Part shown: piece after piece, positions 16,841-28,132 of the stretch | Layout of the letters: the number at the start of each line of letters is the position of its first letter | Numbering within the stretch: position 1 is the stretch's first letter | Virus record (IMG/VR): IMGVR_UViG_3300026549_000048 | Span: 1-64,000 of that record | Direction: 5' to 3' (one strand) | DNA length: 64,000 nt | DNA from: a virus | Taxonomy: Duplodnaviria; Caudoviricetes | Made by a program: the position numbers and the translations under genes | Notes under the pieces: generated by a model | The model's database searches: none | Seen by the model: only the letters and a program-made list of their open reading frames with translations | What the model was told of the DNA's origin: nothing

Positions 16841-19800
16841 ATGGCGTATTCTGAAGATGTAAATATTAATCTTAATGTGCTTGCAGGCGCAATGGGTGGA
16901 GTTACCGCTATTATGGGCGGTATGTCTGCCTTAACTTCTACTTTTGGACAATTTGGAACAGAGGCAAGTCAGGCTTTTGGAACTTTAGATGGTTTATTAG
17001 TTAGTGCAACCGCATTAGTTGGAGCTTTTACTGTACAATCAGCAGAAGCATTTGGGCAATATGAACAAGGAATGAAAATTGTTCAAACTGTATCAAATCA
17101 AACTGGGGCTGCAATGAATGAATTATCTAATAGAGCTAATGAGATGAGTATAGCTTATCGTACATCTATTGGAGATATTACAGATGGATTGCAGACATTA
17201 GGTCGTGCTGGTTTAAATTCGGTTAATGAGCAATTAGATGTATTAGAAAGTGGTTTGCAAACGGCTAAATTAGAAGGTAGAAATTTAAATGGTGTTTTAG
17301 AAGAATTAATTCAAAACACAGCAATGCTTGGTGGAGATTTAAAATCAGTTAATTTTGGGGAGCAGGCTGAGTATTTAAATACATTGATGGTTGGAACATC
17401 AATGACCGCTCCTATTGATTCTCATGATATTTCACAAACTTTACAATACGCAGGTGGTACTGCGGCCGCAGCAGGTGCTAATCTTGACAATAAAGATAAA
17501 TTGGAAGATTTAATGGGAACTGTTGCTGCTTTTGCTCAAAAAGGGGTAAAAGGATCTATGGCAGGTACCGCTTTACGTGCATTTTTCACAAAGCCTGCAT
17601 CTCAAGATACATCTGTTACAGATGCTTTAGGTAGTATTGGTTTATCTCCCGAAGATTTATGGGAAGATGGAGGAGAATCCATGAAAAAGGTATCTGATCA
17701 AGTTGGACTTATTCAACGTAGAATGGATGCCTTAAACTTAAGCACAATGGATCAAGTTGAGTTATGGGGTAAAATTGTTGGACCTAAGATGGGTCAGCAG
17801 ATGATGAAACTTGATTCATCTTCTATTAAAGAATTAACAAGAGATATTGAATCTGCAAAATCAGCGGAAGATTTAGCTACTCAAACTTTACAAACATATA
17901 CGCAAAAATTAGCTGAAATGCAACAACAAGGAGATTTGGCATATCGTGAATTCGGAGAAAAAGCGGCGATGTGGTTAACTCCTGTTGTTGAGATTATTAC
18001 ATTTATATTAGGATTACTATCAGAACCTCATATTAATTTAGCCGTATTTGGAGCAGTTGGATCCTTATTAGCTCACGGATTTCAACGTGCATGGGCAATG
18101 ATTTCTACTGTATTTACTGAGCTTAAAATGTTATTGACAGATACGATATCATCCATACAAACAATTAACGGTGTAGCAGGTGGTTCTGTTTCTGGAATTT
18201 CACAGACTACATCAGCGACTGAGGTTTTAAATACTCGATTAGCTCAAACTAATACAGAATTAGCGCAAATGCAAGCGCAATTTATGGGAATTAAAGCTAT
18301 TACTAATACGGGAACATATGTTGCGCCTTTAGGAATTGTTGGTCCAAATGGCAAACTTCCAAAAAACATGATCTCAGAAGCCCCCCAAAATGTATTTAAA
18401 GGTAATGGAGAATATATTAATGGTTCATACTTAGGGATGGGGGCACGTGGACAATATTATGATCCATCAGAAATAGGAAAACTTACAGATGAGTATAAAG
18501 CATCAGTTGCAAAACATAATAAAAATATGGTGCAAAGTATAAAATCTATGAAAGATGCTCATACATATGTAACCAAATCTGGTGAAACATTTTATTTAAA
18601 TAAAAAAGGTGCGCAGGAAATGGGAACTAGAAGTGTTAATTACTCTCAAGCTATAAATGATGCATATATAACAAAATATGGTCAAGAAAAGGGATGGTTA
18701 ACAACTGAAGATAAACTTAACAAGCATTTATTAAAAGCATTTCCAATGGTAACCGAAGATCAAATGAATAAAAATATTAAAAATTTTACTTCGAAAGGAA
18801 ATGAGGCAATACATTCTAATTTAATGACAATGACTGGTCCAGAATATAAAAATTTTATGAAAGGGTTACATGATGCATCAGCACGCCTAAATGATCTTGG
18901 GAATTATAAAGGAGCAAATGGAACATTTGATATGAAAAAATATCAAAGTGACCAATTAAAAGCATTTAATTTAAATAGACAATTAGAGTATATTAGAAAC
19001 GCCAGAAAAGAAGGGAATATACATCTTGGGCAAGCAGATGGAAGAACATTTCATAGAGCTTTTATGTTATCACCGCAGCAACAAAGAATGTTTGAGGTTG
19101 AACGAACATTACAAAAACAACAACAGTTAAAACAATATGAGCAAGCCAGATCTCGACAATTATCTATGGGAAAAGGAAGTATAAACGAAAGAGCTCAGGC
19201 AGTTGTCAATAAAAGACTTCAGGCATATAGTAACCATTTATCCTCAGCCACAAATGGTTTAAAAAATTTTGGAAATAATTTAAAACTTGGTTGGAGCAAA
19301 TGGGCTCATGGTGTTGATGCCGTTATGCCCCAAATCGAAGCTAAAACTATGGCAAGTCTAAGTAAAATTGATGTATCTACAATGGGGGTTGGACAAGGAT
19401 TAACAACTCTACAAGAAGCGAGTGGATTAAATGCAGCACAGTTTGAAAAGTTATGGATGGAATCTACAAAATTACAAAATGCCTTTTTTGAGTTATTTGG
19501 AATTACTGAACAAGAACTTATAGTAAAAAAACAAGAGATTGCAGAAATATTAGAGGAAAATGTAGCAAGAGAAGCTGAAATTGCTGCAACAAGCGCAGGA
19601 ACTCTATCTAAACTTGGTTCTGGTTTAAAAAGTGTTGTTGGCTATATGGGTGGTCCATTTATGGCTGCAATGATGGGTATAACAGTTGTGATGCAGGCTG
19701 TTCAAGAAAATATGCAGGCATGGCAAGAAAAAATGCAAGAAGCTGAAAATCTTTTATCAGAGGCCGAAGATAAACGAACACAAGCTGAGGATAGTATTAA

Positions 19801-21844
19801 AGATTTATATTCTAGTGAAAATAGTTCAATATCAGAAGCTGACTTAGATTTAATCGTAGACTCTCAATATGCAGGGATTCAACAAGCTTATGAAAATCAA
19901 GGAGCAAATGCGAAATTTGAAGATATGTATACCAGTAAGGTTTCAAGTATCGGAACCCCTCAATTAACAGATGAACAGAAAGAGCAAGAAGAAAAAACTG
20001 GACAGAAAATTACACCTGGATCCGATGCAATGCAAAGTATTGAAGATTCTGCAAAAGAAGTTAGTTTAGAAAAAGAAGAAAATATTTCTGAACTAAAGCA
20101 AAACACCGCTGCTTTAAATGCTGCGACATATGCCTATGCTCAAGCGGAAAATTTAAAAAATCAACAATTTACAGATCGAACTTGGGGTTTTAATGGAATG
20201 GGAAGTCAATATAGTGATGGGTCAATTCCAGGTATATTGAATATTGGAGATACAATTGCCGATATATTCAATCAGAGTTCAAAAGGATTTTTAGATACAA
20301 ATTCTCCATTATTAACTAAGAGTCAATCAGATAGTAATTATGCTGGTAGTACAGAATTGGCTGGAGTATTAGCTGCTCAAATGTATAAAAAAAATAATGA
20401 TTTTGCAGGATGGGTATTAAATAGAGATGATGAAGGAAATTTACGTGAAACTTTACAATCTGTATTAGGGAGTGATTATGATCAAATTATTGGATTGCTT
20501 AAAGATATTGATCATAGACAGTCCTCAACCCACGGTATGGACGCTTTACGATCTTATAATAATATGTTTTCTGGAATGAATGAAAGTACGATGGGGCGAG
20601 CCCAACTAATGTTTAAAGATAATAAAGGGGATTTACAGAAATTAGGAAAACAAATGTTTAGATATGAGGAACAATATGATTTTGATCCAACAAGATCTGC
20701 AGCAAAAGATTTTGATAATCTAAAAAAAGGAATAAAAGCCCCAAAATCAAAATTAACTGCAAAACAATTGAATCCATTGAGTAAGAAAAATTTATCCGAT
20801 ATTGTTAAAGGGGTTGGAAAAGCAAAATTAACTGTAACCGATAAAAATTTAGTCAGAACTGTTAACAAATTAATGAAATTATCAGATGGAAAATTAACAG
20901 AATCAAATATTTTAGCCATGGGACAGTTACAACAATTACAGGATATGGGACAAATAGCTAATGAACAAATTGCTCCAGGAATTAATCAAACAGTACAAGG
21001 TGTATTATCTAACTTAAATGCAAATAATGTTACGGGCAGTAATACAAGTATTGCTGCAAATAATGCAGGAACTGCCGCAGATAATGCTGCGATTATTGCA
21101 TCTACATTAGGAGCACAGGCAATAGAAAATGCTGAGCATGCTGAGTTTTTAGATTTACAAAGACGTGGCCTCATTGGAGAAATGAGTGAAGATACTTTTA
21201 GAACTAAATTAGGAAAAGGAGAACTGCCATTAGCTCAACGTGAAATTGAAAAAGGATTAGAAGGAACATCTTGGAGTTTAAATAGTGGGGATTTTGATCC
21301 TGACCATCAACAATCAAACGCAAATCGTTTATATAAAGAGCTTGATGATACAAAATCATATCATGATCGAGTTAATACGGCAACATGGGGAATCGTTAAA
21401 TATGCGGAAGGAGCTGTTACCGCTGCATATAGTCAAAGTCAAATTGGTGAATACGGCGGAGGTAATGATGTCGGAAGAGGCTCTGGAGGTGGAGGCTCTG
21501 GAGGTGGAGGTTCTGGCTCTGGAGATAAAAATACTGGCTCTACCCGAAATAGAGTAGATTTAGTATTGTGTAATAAAAAAACCATTCCTAAACTGAATGT
21601 AAATCTATTCAAGAAAGCTCCAAACTTCACAATTAAAAATAAAAACTTTAATGTCAGAGATATTAAAATTAATACTGAAGATAAGCCAGATTCTATTACT
21701 GACGCAATCAAAAATGGTATTATTAAAACAACAAAACAAATGGATCCAAAAATCATTCAAAGTGAAGAAAGTGTATATGATCCAGTAACAGCAACTGATG
21801 GTTCCGCTACTCCAAACGGAAACACTCCAGTTAGCTCTAAATAG
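16841..21844 (+). CDS. Tape measure protein
   Basis: 1667 aa, Ala/Gly-rich helical; TP901-type core (LGRAG, KGSMAGTALR). Confidence 0.93.
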   Translation: MAYSEDVNINLNVLAGAMGGVTAIMGGMSALTSTFGQFGTEASQAFGTLDGLLVSATALVGAFTVQSAEAFGQYEQGMKIVQTVSNQTGAAMNELSNRANEMSIAYRTSIGDITDGLQTLGRAGLNSVNEQLDVLESGLQTAKLEGRNLNGVLEELIQNTAMLGGDLKSVNFGEQAEYLNTLMVGTSMTAPIDSHDISQTLQYAGGTAAAAGANLDNKDKLEDLMGTVAAFAQKGVKGSMAGTALRAFFTKPASQDTSVTDALGSIGLSPEDLWEDGGESMKKVSDQVGLIQRRMDALNLSTMDQVELWGKIVGPKMGQQMMKLDSSSIKELTRDIESAKSAEDLATQTLQTYTQKLAEMQQQGDLAYREFGEKAAMWLTPVVEIITFILGLLSEPHINLAVFGAVGSLLAHGFQRAWAMISTVFTELKMLLTDTISSIQTINGVAGGSVSGISQTTSATEVLNTRLAQTNTELAQMQAQFMGIKAITNTGTYVAPLGIVGPNGKLPKNMISEAPQNVFKGNGEYINGSYLGMGARGQYYDPSEIGKLTDEYKASVAKHNKNMVQSIKSMKDAHTYVTKSGETFYLNKKGAQEMGTRSVNYSQAINDAYITKYGQEKGWLTTEDKLNKHLLKAFPMVTEDQMNKNIKNFTSKGNEAIHSNLMTMTGPEYKNFMKGLHDASARLNDLGNYKGANGTFDMKKYQSDQLKAFNLNRQLEYIRNARKEGNIHLGQADGRTFHRAFMLSPQQQRMFEVERTLQKQQQLKQYEQARSRQLSMGKGSINERAQAVVNKRLQAYSNHLSSATNGLKNFGNNLKLGWSKWAHGVDAVMPQIEAKTMASLSKIDVSTMGVGQGLTTLQEASGLNAAQFEKLWMESTKLQNAFFELFGITEQELIVKKQEIAEILEENVAREAEIAATSAGTLSKLGSGLKSVVGYMGGPFMAAMMGITVVMQAVQENMQAWQEKMQEAENLLSEAEDKRTQAEDSIKDLYSSENSSISEADLDLIVDSQYAGIQQAYENQGANAKFEDMYTSKVSSIGTPQLTDEQKEQEEKTGQKITPGSDAMQSIEDSAKEVSLEKEENISELKQNTAALNAATYAYAQAENLKNQQFTDRTWGFNGMGSQYSDGSIPGILNIGDTIADIFNQSSKGFLDTNSPLLTKSQSDSNYAGSTELAGVLAAQMYKKNNDFAGWVLNRDDEGNLRETLQSVLGSDYDQIIGLLKDIDHRQSSTHGMDALRSYNNMFSGMNESTMGRAQLMFKDNKGDLQKLGKQMFRYEEQYDFDPTRSAAKDFDNLKKGIKAPKSKLTAKQLNPLSKKNLSDIVKGVGKAKLTVTDKNLVRTVNKLMKLSDGKLTESNILAMGQLQQLQDMGQIANEQIAPGINQTVQGVLSNLNANNVTGSNTSIAANNAGTAADNAAIIASTLGAQAIENAEHAEFLDLQRRGLIGEMSEDTFRTKLGKGELPLAQREIEKGLEGTSWSLNSGDFDPDHQQSNANRLYKELDDTKSYHDRVNTATWGIVKYAEGAVTAAYSQSQIGEYGGGNDVGRGSGGGGSGGGGSGSGDKNTGSTRNRVDLVLCNKKTIPKLNVNLFKKAPNFTIKNKNFNVRDIKINTEDKPDSITDAIKNGIIKTTKQMDPKIIQSEESVYDPVTATDGSATPNGNTPVSSK

Positions 21845-21852
21845 GTGATAAA

Positions 21853-22455
21853 ATGTATTCAACATCATTGGACGGAAGTAAAGTATTGATAGTAAGTGGA
21901 TACACTCCACAGGAATTATTACTAAGAGCAAATAAAAAAACAAAAAATCAGGTGGGTACACCCCCATCTTTCTTTTTTGATGCGAGAAATATTCAGGTGC
22001 AACCACATAGACCTCGACGAGAAGAATTTGAAAGTGCGGAAGGATTACTTCCAAACGAAATGGCTTGTGATAATTTTGCAACAGTCACGATGGATATACT
22101 TGTTCATCAAAGTTTGACTAATGCAAAAGGAGAATTCGTTATTGAGTCCACCAAAAGAGAGGTTAGAATTATTACAACCGATACCGATAGGGATGTTTTA
22201 GATCAGGAATTACAGCTTGGTAGATATGTACGTCCAGAAGAATTTCCAGATGAGTATATTACTATTAGAGAAAATTTCTTTAAAGATTTATTAAATAGAC
22301 CATTGACTATTGTATCTCAATTATTTGAACCAATTACATTATGTTATATTGATGATTACGAATATAGCATCGCAGAGGGAGAAGAAGAGGCGGCATATTC
22401 AGTAACTTTCAGAGAATATGCAAGTATTGATTATAATAGGAGTAAAAAATCATGA
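21853..22455 (+). CDS. Baseplate/tube-initiator-like protein
   Basis: Directly after the TMP; C-terminal YSVTFREY. Confidence 0.6.
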   Translation: MYSTSLDGSKVLIVSGYTPQELLLRANKKTKNQVGTPPSFFFDARNIQVQPHRPRREEFESAEGLLPNEMACDNFATVTMDILVHQSLTNAKGEFVIESTKREVRIITTDTDRDVLDQELQLGRYVRPEEFPDEYITIRENFFKDLLNRPLTIVSQLFEPITLCYIDDYEYSIAEGEEEAAYSVTFREYASIDYNRSKKS

Positions 22456-23759
22456 GTTCTTTGCCTCCAGCTGACCCTAGGGTTGATACAAGCGAGAAAA
22501 CAACTTCTGCTTATTTAAAAATCAATCAGTCTCGATTAAAATCAATCAATCCTTTATTGGGAAAAACAGATACGACAGATAACACTCCTAATAATAAAGT
22601 TAGAGTAAAAGTATATACACCATTTGATGATAAAACTCATACATATTTTCATTCTATGTCTATCGATAAAGACGTTGCAGATTTTATGGGTACAGCAGAA
22701 TTACGATGCCCATATGATAGCGATTTAATGGCTTATTGGGAACCTGCTCGAGCTTATTGTGTAATTTATGGAACCAATCGAGGAGATTATAAAGTATTAT
22801 TTATTGGTAGAGTGAGAGAGGTTAACCAACAAGGTTATGAAATTGTAATAGCATTACAGGATTATGGCTGGAAATTTAAACAACTAATTACTCAATCATA
22901 TGCAAACGACAACGTTATCGGCAAAGACGGTTACACAATAATGAAATTGATGTTTCAGGCTTTGAAAATTGATTCTTGGGTTGTAACGCCAACGGCGAAA
23001 TATAGATTAAAGCAGGTTGGTATTGATGAAGATGGAAATGTAACTTTAAACAAGAAAGAAATTGAACAAATGCCAGATTTACTTAATCGTCTTAAGAAAA
23101 CAGATCCACGTCATGCGATTAATAAATATACAGTATATAACAAAATGAAAGAATCAGAATTACATAACCTCAATAATATTAATTATACTTTACGATATGA
23201 GAAACCTACGAAAATTATGAAAAAAACGGCAAAGGAAAGTAATTACAGTAAGGGAGCAAGTATGTATGGAACTAACTACGGTAGCAGCGGAGGAAGTAGT
23301 AGCGGAGGTGGTGGCTCTGGAGGATCATCCTCTAAAAGTAAATCATCCAAAACTATGACCGCATCTGGGACACGAAGACCTCCTGCTAATTTATGTTCAA
23401 ATATTAAAAGTGAAAGCGTTAGAGCCGCTATGAAAGTTATTTGGTCATATCAAAGAGGGTACACTAATAGTTTATCAAGTGCAAGTTCTGTAATTTATGA
23501 GTATGCTAGAAATTATCCAAGTGTATATTGGGCACAATTAGCCCCATGTCTTAGCACACTCTCAAAATGGGTTTCAAGGAGCAATAAACATAATGGTGCT
23601 GCTTCTGTTAAAGCTAATGCAGATAATGCTGCACGTAAAGGACAAACAAATCCATTAGGTAGAAGAAGTACGCGTAGGTCAGCTGGAAATCAAAGACATC
23701 CTACCTCTAAATCCAATAAAGGTTGGAGTTTTAATATTTTTGGAATAAGGTTTGGTTAG
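22452..23759 (+). CDS. Baseplate hub, N-terminal part, plus Gly/Ser linker and basic C-terminal domain
   Basis: LFIGRVREV...ALQDYGWKF resembles gpD/XkdQ-type hubs. Confidence 0.55.
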   Translation: MSSLPPADPRVDTSEKTTSAYLKINQSRLKSINPLLGKTDTTDNTPNNKVRVKVYTPFDDKTHTYFHSMSIDKDVADFMGTAELRCPYDSDLMAYWEPARAYCVIYGTNRGDYKVLFIGRVREVNQQGYEIVIALQDYGWKFKQLITQSYANDNVIGKDGYTIMKLMFQALKIDSWVVTPTAKYRLKQVGIDEDGNVTLNKKEIEQMPDLLNRLKKTDPRHAINKYTVYNKMKESELHNLNNINYTLRYEKPTKIMKKTAKESNYSKGASMYGTNYGSSGGSSSGGGGSGGSSSKSKSSKTMTASGTRRPPANLCSNIKSESVRAAMKVIWSYQRGYTNSLSSASSVIYEYARNYPSVYWAQLAPCLSTLSKWVSRSNKHNGAASVKANADNAARKGQTNPLGRRSTRRSAGNQRHPTSKSNKGWSFNIFGIRFG

Positions 23760-23767
23760 GTGTTAAT

Positions 23768-25390
23768 ATGACTCATTATCATATAGGTGCAGATAGATGT
23801 AATGGAGCTGAAAGAAGCTCAATGAATAAAATCGCAAAAGAATTAGAAAAATGTGGACATAAAGTAACAGTTGGAAGTGTGACTCCAGAACAGGAAGCCG
23901 CGGCATATCGTGTTAATAAAAAATCAGTATTTTTATTTTTAACTTGTGGTGTAGCTCCTGCTACAATTTGGTCATTTAAGGTGGCTGCGGCGAAAGGAGC
24001 AGTCCCGCCAACAATATTTTTACACGCATCATGGGAGAATGGAGATCCATCTTCTCCAATGCGAAGTGAAAAAAAAATGCTTAATTGTCCATTTAAACCT
24101 GAACATGATTCAGGAGGATTTGCAAATCCAGGTGCAATGAAAAGAGATGCAGGCAGTGCTACAACAGTAGGAGCCTACGCAAAAAAATATTCAAAATATA
24201 TTGGCGTTGCTTGGGCCGCAAATCCGACGGAAATGGGAAAGAAAATTTGTAACGGTGATGTTACTGGCTATGGTTCTGGTGGATCTGGAGGATCAAGTGG
24301 TTCAGGAAGCGGATCATCAAATGGTGGTTCCTCTACTGGATCAAGTGGGTCATCTCCTTTATTAAATGGAGAGGAAACATTTGAAGAGCTTGTTGGAGAT
24401 ATTTGTAAAGGAATTGATTTGGTATTTGCCGTTAAAAGAAGTACTGTAGTTGTATCGGATTATGAATCAATTTATGCTCAGGCAAAATACCTTCGAGATA
24501 ATAATAAAAGCGTTACAGAAAGCGAAGATATAAAATTATGGCAACTTCAAGATGGTTCATATGAACTGGATGTTAATCAATATGGATATTATAATACAGT
24601 TCGTGTTCATTACAAAAATGGTGTTGTTACTGAAAGTTATGAAGATTTGGTTCGAGTATTTGGAGTTGTTGCCATTGATTATCGTGAGCCAAAAATTGAT
24701 AAAAGCACGGCAATAATGAAGGCGAAGGCGTATTTAGCCGCTCACGTTAGGGATTTTGATATGGCTGTAAGGGCAACCATTCTTCACGATGGTGATATAG
24801 AAATTGGAGATATTGTTACATTGGAAAATCCAATGACAATGCGAGACCAAATTAGAATGAAAACAGAAAAAAGAGACCCTGAATACTTCTTTGTAAAAGG
24901 AACTTCTATTTCATGGGAGGGGTCAAGCTTTATTACCTGTGATTTGGATTTGCGATATGGAGCGGAAAGCCCAGAAGGTAAAGAAATTCCAGAAGCTGGA
25001 ACTACATATAGCAATGATAAAAAAGGAAAAAGTAGTGTAGCAGCTGGAGATATAACAGGAGCATTAGAAGAAATTGGAAAAAAATATGCAAGTTATGCGT
25101 ATAGTGGGGCATGTCAAAGCGCTTCTTGTGTAAAAAAACTAAAACAAGGAGATTGTTTTGGTATGAGTGATCTTTTATATTGTTCATTAAAAAGCTTAGG
25201 GGTTGAAGCAAAAATCGTAACATACGCATCCCCATATTCTAATAGCGGAACACATAGAAGTGTTTTATACAAAGATGAGAATGGACAATGGCAAGATTTT
25301 CCATACAAAAAATACGGTTTTCATAAGAATTTTAGTGCTATGGCCGCCTCAAAAACAAGTAAGCATATTATTAAAGGAACATGTGATTAA
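23768..25390 (+). CDS. Baseplate hub, C-terminal part, fused to a PeiW-like transglutaminase-fold cysteine protease
   Basis: YNTVRV, AKAYL and IEIGDIV hub motifs; C-terminal GDCFGMSDLL...GVEAKIV...THRSV...WQDF (Cys-His-Asp). Confidence 0.7.
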   Translation: MTHYHIGADRCNGAERSSMNKIAKELEKCGHKVTVGSVTPEQEAAAYRVNKKSVFLFLTCGVAPATIWSFKVAAAKGAVPPTIFLHASWENGDPSSPMRSEKKMLNCPFKPEHDSGGFANPGAMKRDAGSATTVGAYAKKYSKYIGVAWAANPTEMGKKICNGDVTGYGSGGSGGSSGSGSGSSNGGSSTGSSGSSPLLNGEETFEELVGDICKGIDLVFAVKRSTVVVSDYESIYAQAKYLRDNNKSVTESEDIKLWQLQDGSYELDVNQYGYYNTVRVHYKNGVVTESYEDLVRVFGVVAIDYREPKIDKSTAIMKAKAYLAAHVRDFDMAVRATILHDGDIEIGDIVTLENPMTMRDQIRMKTEKRDPEYFFVKGTSISWEGSSFITCDLDLRYGAESPEGKEIPEAGTTYSNDKKGKSSVAAGDITGALEEIGKKYASYAYSGACQSASCVKKLKQGDCFGMSDLLYCSLKSLGVEAKIVTYASPYSNSGTHRSVLYKDENGQWQDFPYKKYGFHKNFSAMAASKTSKHIIKGTCD

Positions 25391-25452
25391 ACATTATAAT
25401 AAAATTTTAAATATAAATGGCATTGAAAATTTTAATATTAGAGGTTATTTAG

Positions 25453-26145
25453 ATGGTTAAAGTTGGAAAGTCTACAACATATACACATAAAGAGTTTAAA
25501 GATCATGTGGTTAAGCTAGCATCAAATAAACCACTTAAAGGTCATTTAACGAATCAAGAAAGAACTACCGATGATAGCCAAACTGTTGAAGGTGTGCTTA
25601 AACAAATTGTAAAAGACCGTATTGATTCAGATGGTTGGTATGTTGAAGTGGGAAAGGATAATGATAAATATGTTTATCATTGTAGTTATCCGCAATGGGC
25701 TACTGGAGGAACAATTCCAGAATCAACAGAAACGAATACGTTGTATGTTCCCGTAGGAAAAGTGCGTGTTGAAATAACCATTGACAAAAAAAATAAAATT
25801 TACATTATTCAACGATTAATTGATAATTCAAAAGCATCTATTGTTAATTACAATAATGAATTACATATTTCAGTAAATAGTAATACAAAAACAAACCAAG
25901 ATGTAAATGCAAATGTTAAACTTACAAATGATACAATTAATCTCAATGCTGATAGCGTTGTAGTTACAGATAACAACAACAATGAATTTGATTTGATTGA
26001 AAGTCATACTATTCAAATCGGTCAAATTCAGGTTTTACAGGAAGAAAATAAAAAATTACAAGAACGAATATCAACCATAGAGGAGCAATTAAATACAGAA
26101 AATAAATCAGATGAATTAGAAAATCAATCAGAAAAGGATGAATAG
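25453..26145 (+). CDS. Putative baseplate spike protein with C-terminal coiled coil
   Basis: Position after the hub; short beta-strand run followed by heptads. Confidence 0.45.
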   Translation: MVKVGKSTTYTHKEFKDHVVKLASNKPLKGHLTNQERTTDDSQTVEGVLKQIVKDRIDSDGWYVEVGKDNDKYVYHCSYPQWATGGTIPESTETNTLYVPVGKVRVEITIDKKNKIYIIQRLIDNSKASIVNYNNELHISVNSNTKTNQDVNANVKLTNDTINLNADSVVVTDNNNNEFDLIESHTIQIGQIQVLQEENKKLQERISTIEEQLNTENKSDELENQSEKDE

Positions 26146-26147
26146 TC

Positions 26148-28130
26148 ATGACAGATGGAAATAAACGATATTTGGGAGATGTATGGATTAACGAGGAAAA
26201 TCTCGAGAGACAACGTGCATTCTTTACAGATATAATGGAATCATATCAATATAAATATGGAGGAGAATTTGATGCCTCTACATTACGAGGATTTACCCCA
26301 GAAGATTTTGCAACAGCAGAACAAGGAAGATTGGCGGATAATTCTATTCAGGCTCCATTATTATTAGGAAGAAAGCAAATTGCAAATGTAAGTGATCCTC
26401 AATATATCTATACAGATGCTGTATTAATTGATGATGAAAATAGTGATTTGATGGCCATTGATTGGTTTAAAAATATTAATATAGAAGACGTAGAGGACGC
26501 TTCGTTATCACATATATTAATTCTTATCAGACAAGCTGTTAACGACATTCAAACACTTTTACAAAATGGTATTGACTCTAAATTAGATTCTGATATTTAT
26601 TATAATTTTTATGAAGATGAATTTACAGATTTAAAAGATTCTGTTTCTGAAGTTTTTGAAGAATTTACCGACGCGGACGGAAACGTTGTAACAAAATTAA
26701 ATGCTTCTTTGGTAAACGGATTAAGGTTTATTTTAATCACACAGGAAGCATATGACGCATTACCAGAAACTGATAAAACATATTGGAGAAATATTTATAT
26801 TATTAGGGATCCAAGCGACATTCCTCCTGATTATGCAGATCCAATGAAATGGCAATTAACAGATGGGTATACATTTGCAATTCATGATAGGGAATTACAA
26901 ATCACAAATGGTCTTAGTGATGAATGGAAAACACTTTGTAGTTTAGATGATTTGCTTAATGGAGCTGATATTGAACAATTGATTCGTGATTTTGTAACAA
27001 CACAATCTTATACAATTCCTTCTGATAATTTATTGGACAGTTTATATAACATCAATCCTTCTTTAATTAGTAATGATTGGCAAAATTATCCATTCTTAAC
27101 ATCTGATGTTCATGATGATTTTATTGCACATATTACGGTTAATGGCTCCTCAAATAATGTAACTGAAACAGTTAATTCAACAACTAAATTTAAGACTGCA
27201 AATATTAATATGAATTCAATTATTAATAATTCTCAAGCAATTACATCAATCAATCAAGCATTAGATGATACAAATAACATTTTAACATCAAATGTTACAG
27301 CTGATAATTCAAGATTAAAGCAACTTGAAAATCAAGTTACAAATATTGATCAGCGAATAGCAAATGATATTAACCCTAAAAATACATCTCAAGATACACA
27401 AATTCTTGATTTGCAATCACGATTAGAGCAGGCAGAGAATGTTTTAGAACAAGTTAAAAACAAAACATATAACATCTCAACTAATATGGGAAAATGGGAT
27501 GTTGAATGGCTTGGAGGCTTGGTATGTCCTGTTTTATCAAGTGCTACAAAAAGTGGAACAAAATATACACAAAATTATAAAGCTTGGTGTGATGAAGCTG
27601 TAAAACGTAATACTAATTTCTTTAAATTATATTCAAAATATTATATATCAAATGTGCAATATAATGAACAATTAGGACTTGCTCGTATTTATGTCAGTTT
27701 TTTACATTGGCATAGAAAAGAGAATGCAAGAAAATGGGTAGAACCGTCTATTACATATACAAACGCTAAAAATAAAACCGTTACATCAACATGGGAAACA
27801 TACAATAAAAGTATTTTAGGAAATCGAGCTGGAATTACATTAATGTCCGATTATTCAGATATATCAATTAATGCTCAAATAGAAAACAAAACAAAAACAG
27901 ATCACCCTCCATTTTCTAATATAGTATTTCCAAATCGAGACTATCCAAGTAAACGATTTATTAATATTAGACCAGATGTGGGAAATTCAAAAGTATATGT
28001 GTATGTGGATCAAGATGCTAACGTAAGAGTACATTTTTATGGTAGCGTATTATATTCACTTCAAACTGGCGGTTTAATTGGATACGAGGGAGATATTAAT
28101 ATAGATATTGATGATAATAATGGGGAATAA
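26148..28130 (+). CDS. Tail fibre-like structural protein
   Basis: DASTLRG...DFA and ITQEAYDAL motifs; central coiled coil. Confidence 0.6.
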   Translation: MTDGNKRYLGDVWINEENLERQRAFFTDIMESYQYKYGGEFDASTLRGFTPEDFATAEQGRLADNSIQAPLLLGRKQIANVSDPQYIYTDAVLIDDENSDLMAIDWFKNINIEDVEDASLSHILILIRQAVNDIQTLLQNGIDSKLDSDIYYNFYEDEFTDLKDSVSEVFEEFTDADGNVVTKLNASLVNGLRFILITQEAYDALPETDKTYWRNIYIIRDPSDIPPDYADPMKWQLTDGYTFAIHDRELQITNGLSDEWKTLCSLDDLLNGADIEQLIRDFVTTQSYTIPSDNLLDSLYNINPSLISNDWQNYPFLTSDVHDDFIAHITVNGSSNNVTETVNSTTKFKTANINMNSIINNSQAITSINQALDDTNNILTSNVTADNSRLKQLENQVTNIDQRIANDINPKNTSQDTQILDLQSRLEQAENVLEQVKNKTYNISTNMGKWDVEWLGGLVCPVLSSATKSGTKYTQNYKAWCDEAVKRNTNFFKLYSKYYISNVQYNEQLGLARIYVSFLHWHRKENARKWVEPSITYTNAKNKTVTSTWETYNKSILGNRAGITLMSDYSDISINAQIENKTKTDHPPFSNIVFPNRDYPSKRFINIRPDVGNSKVYVYVDQDANVRVHFYGSVLYSLQTGGLIGYEGDINIDIDDNNGE

Positions 28131-28132
28131 CT

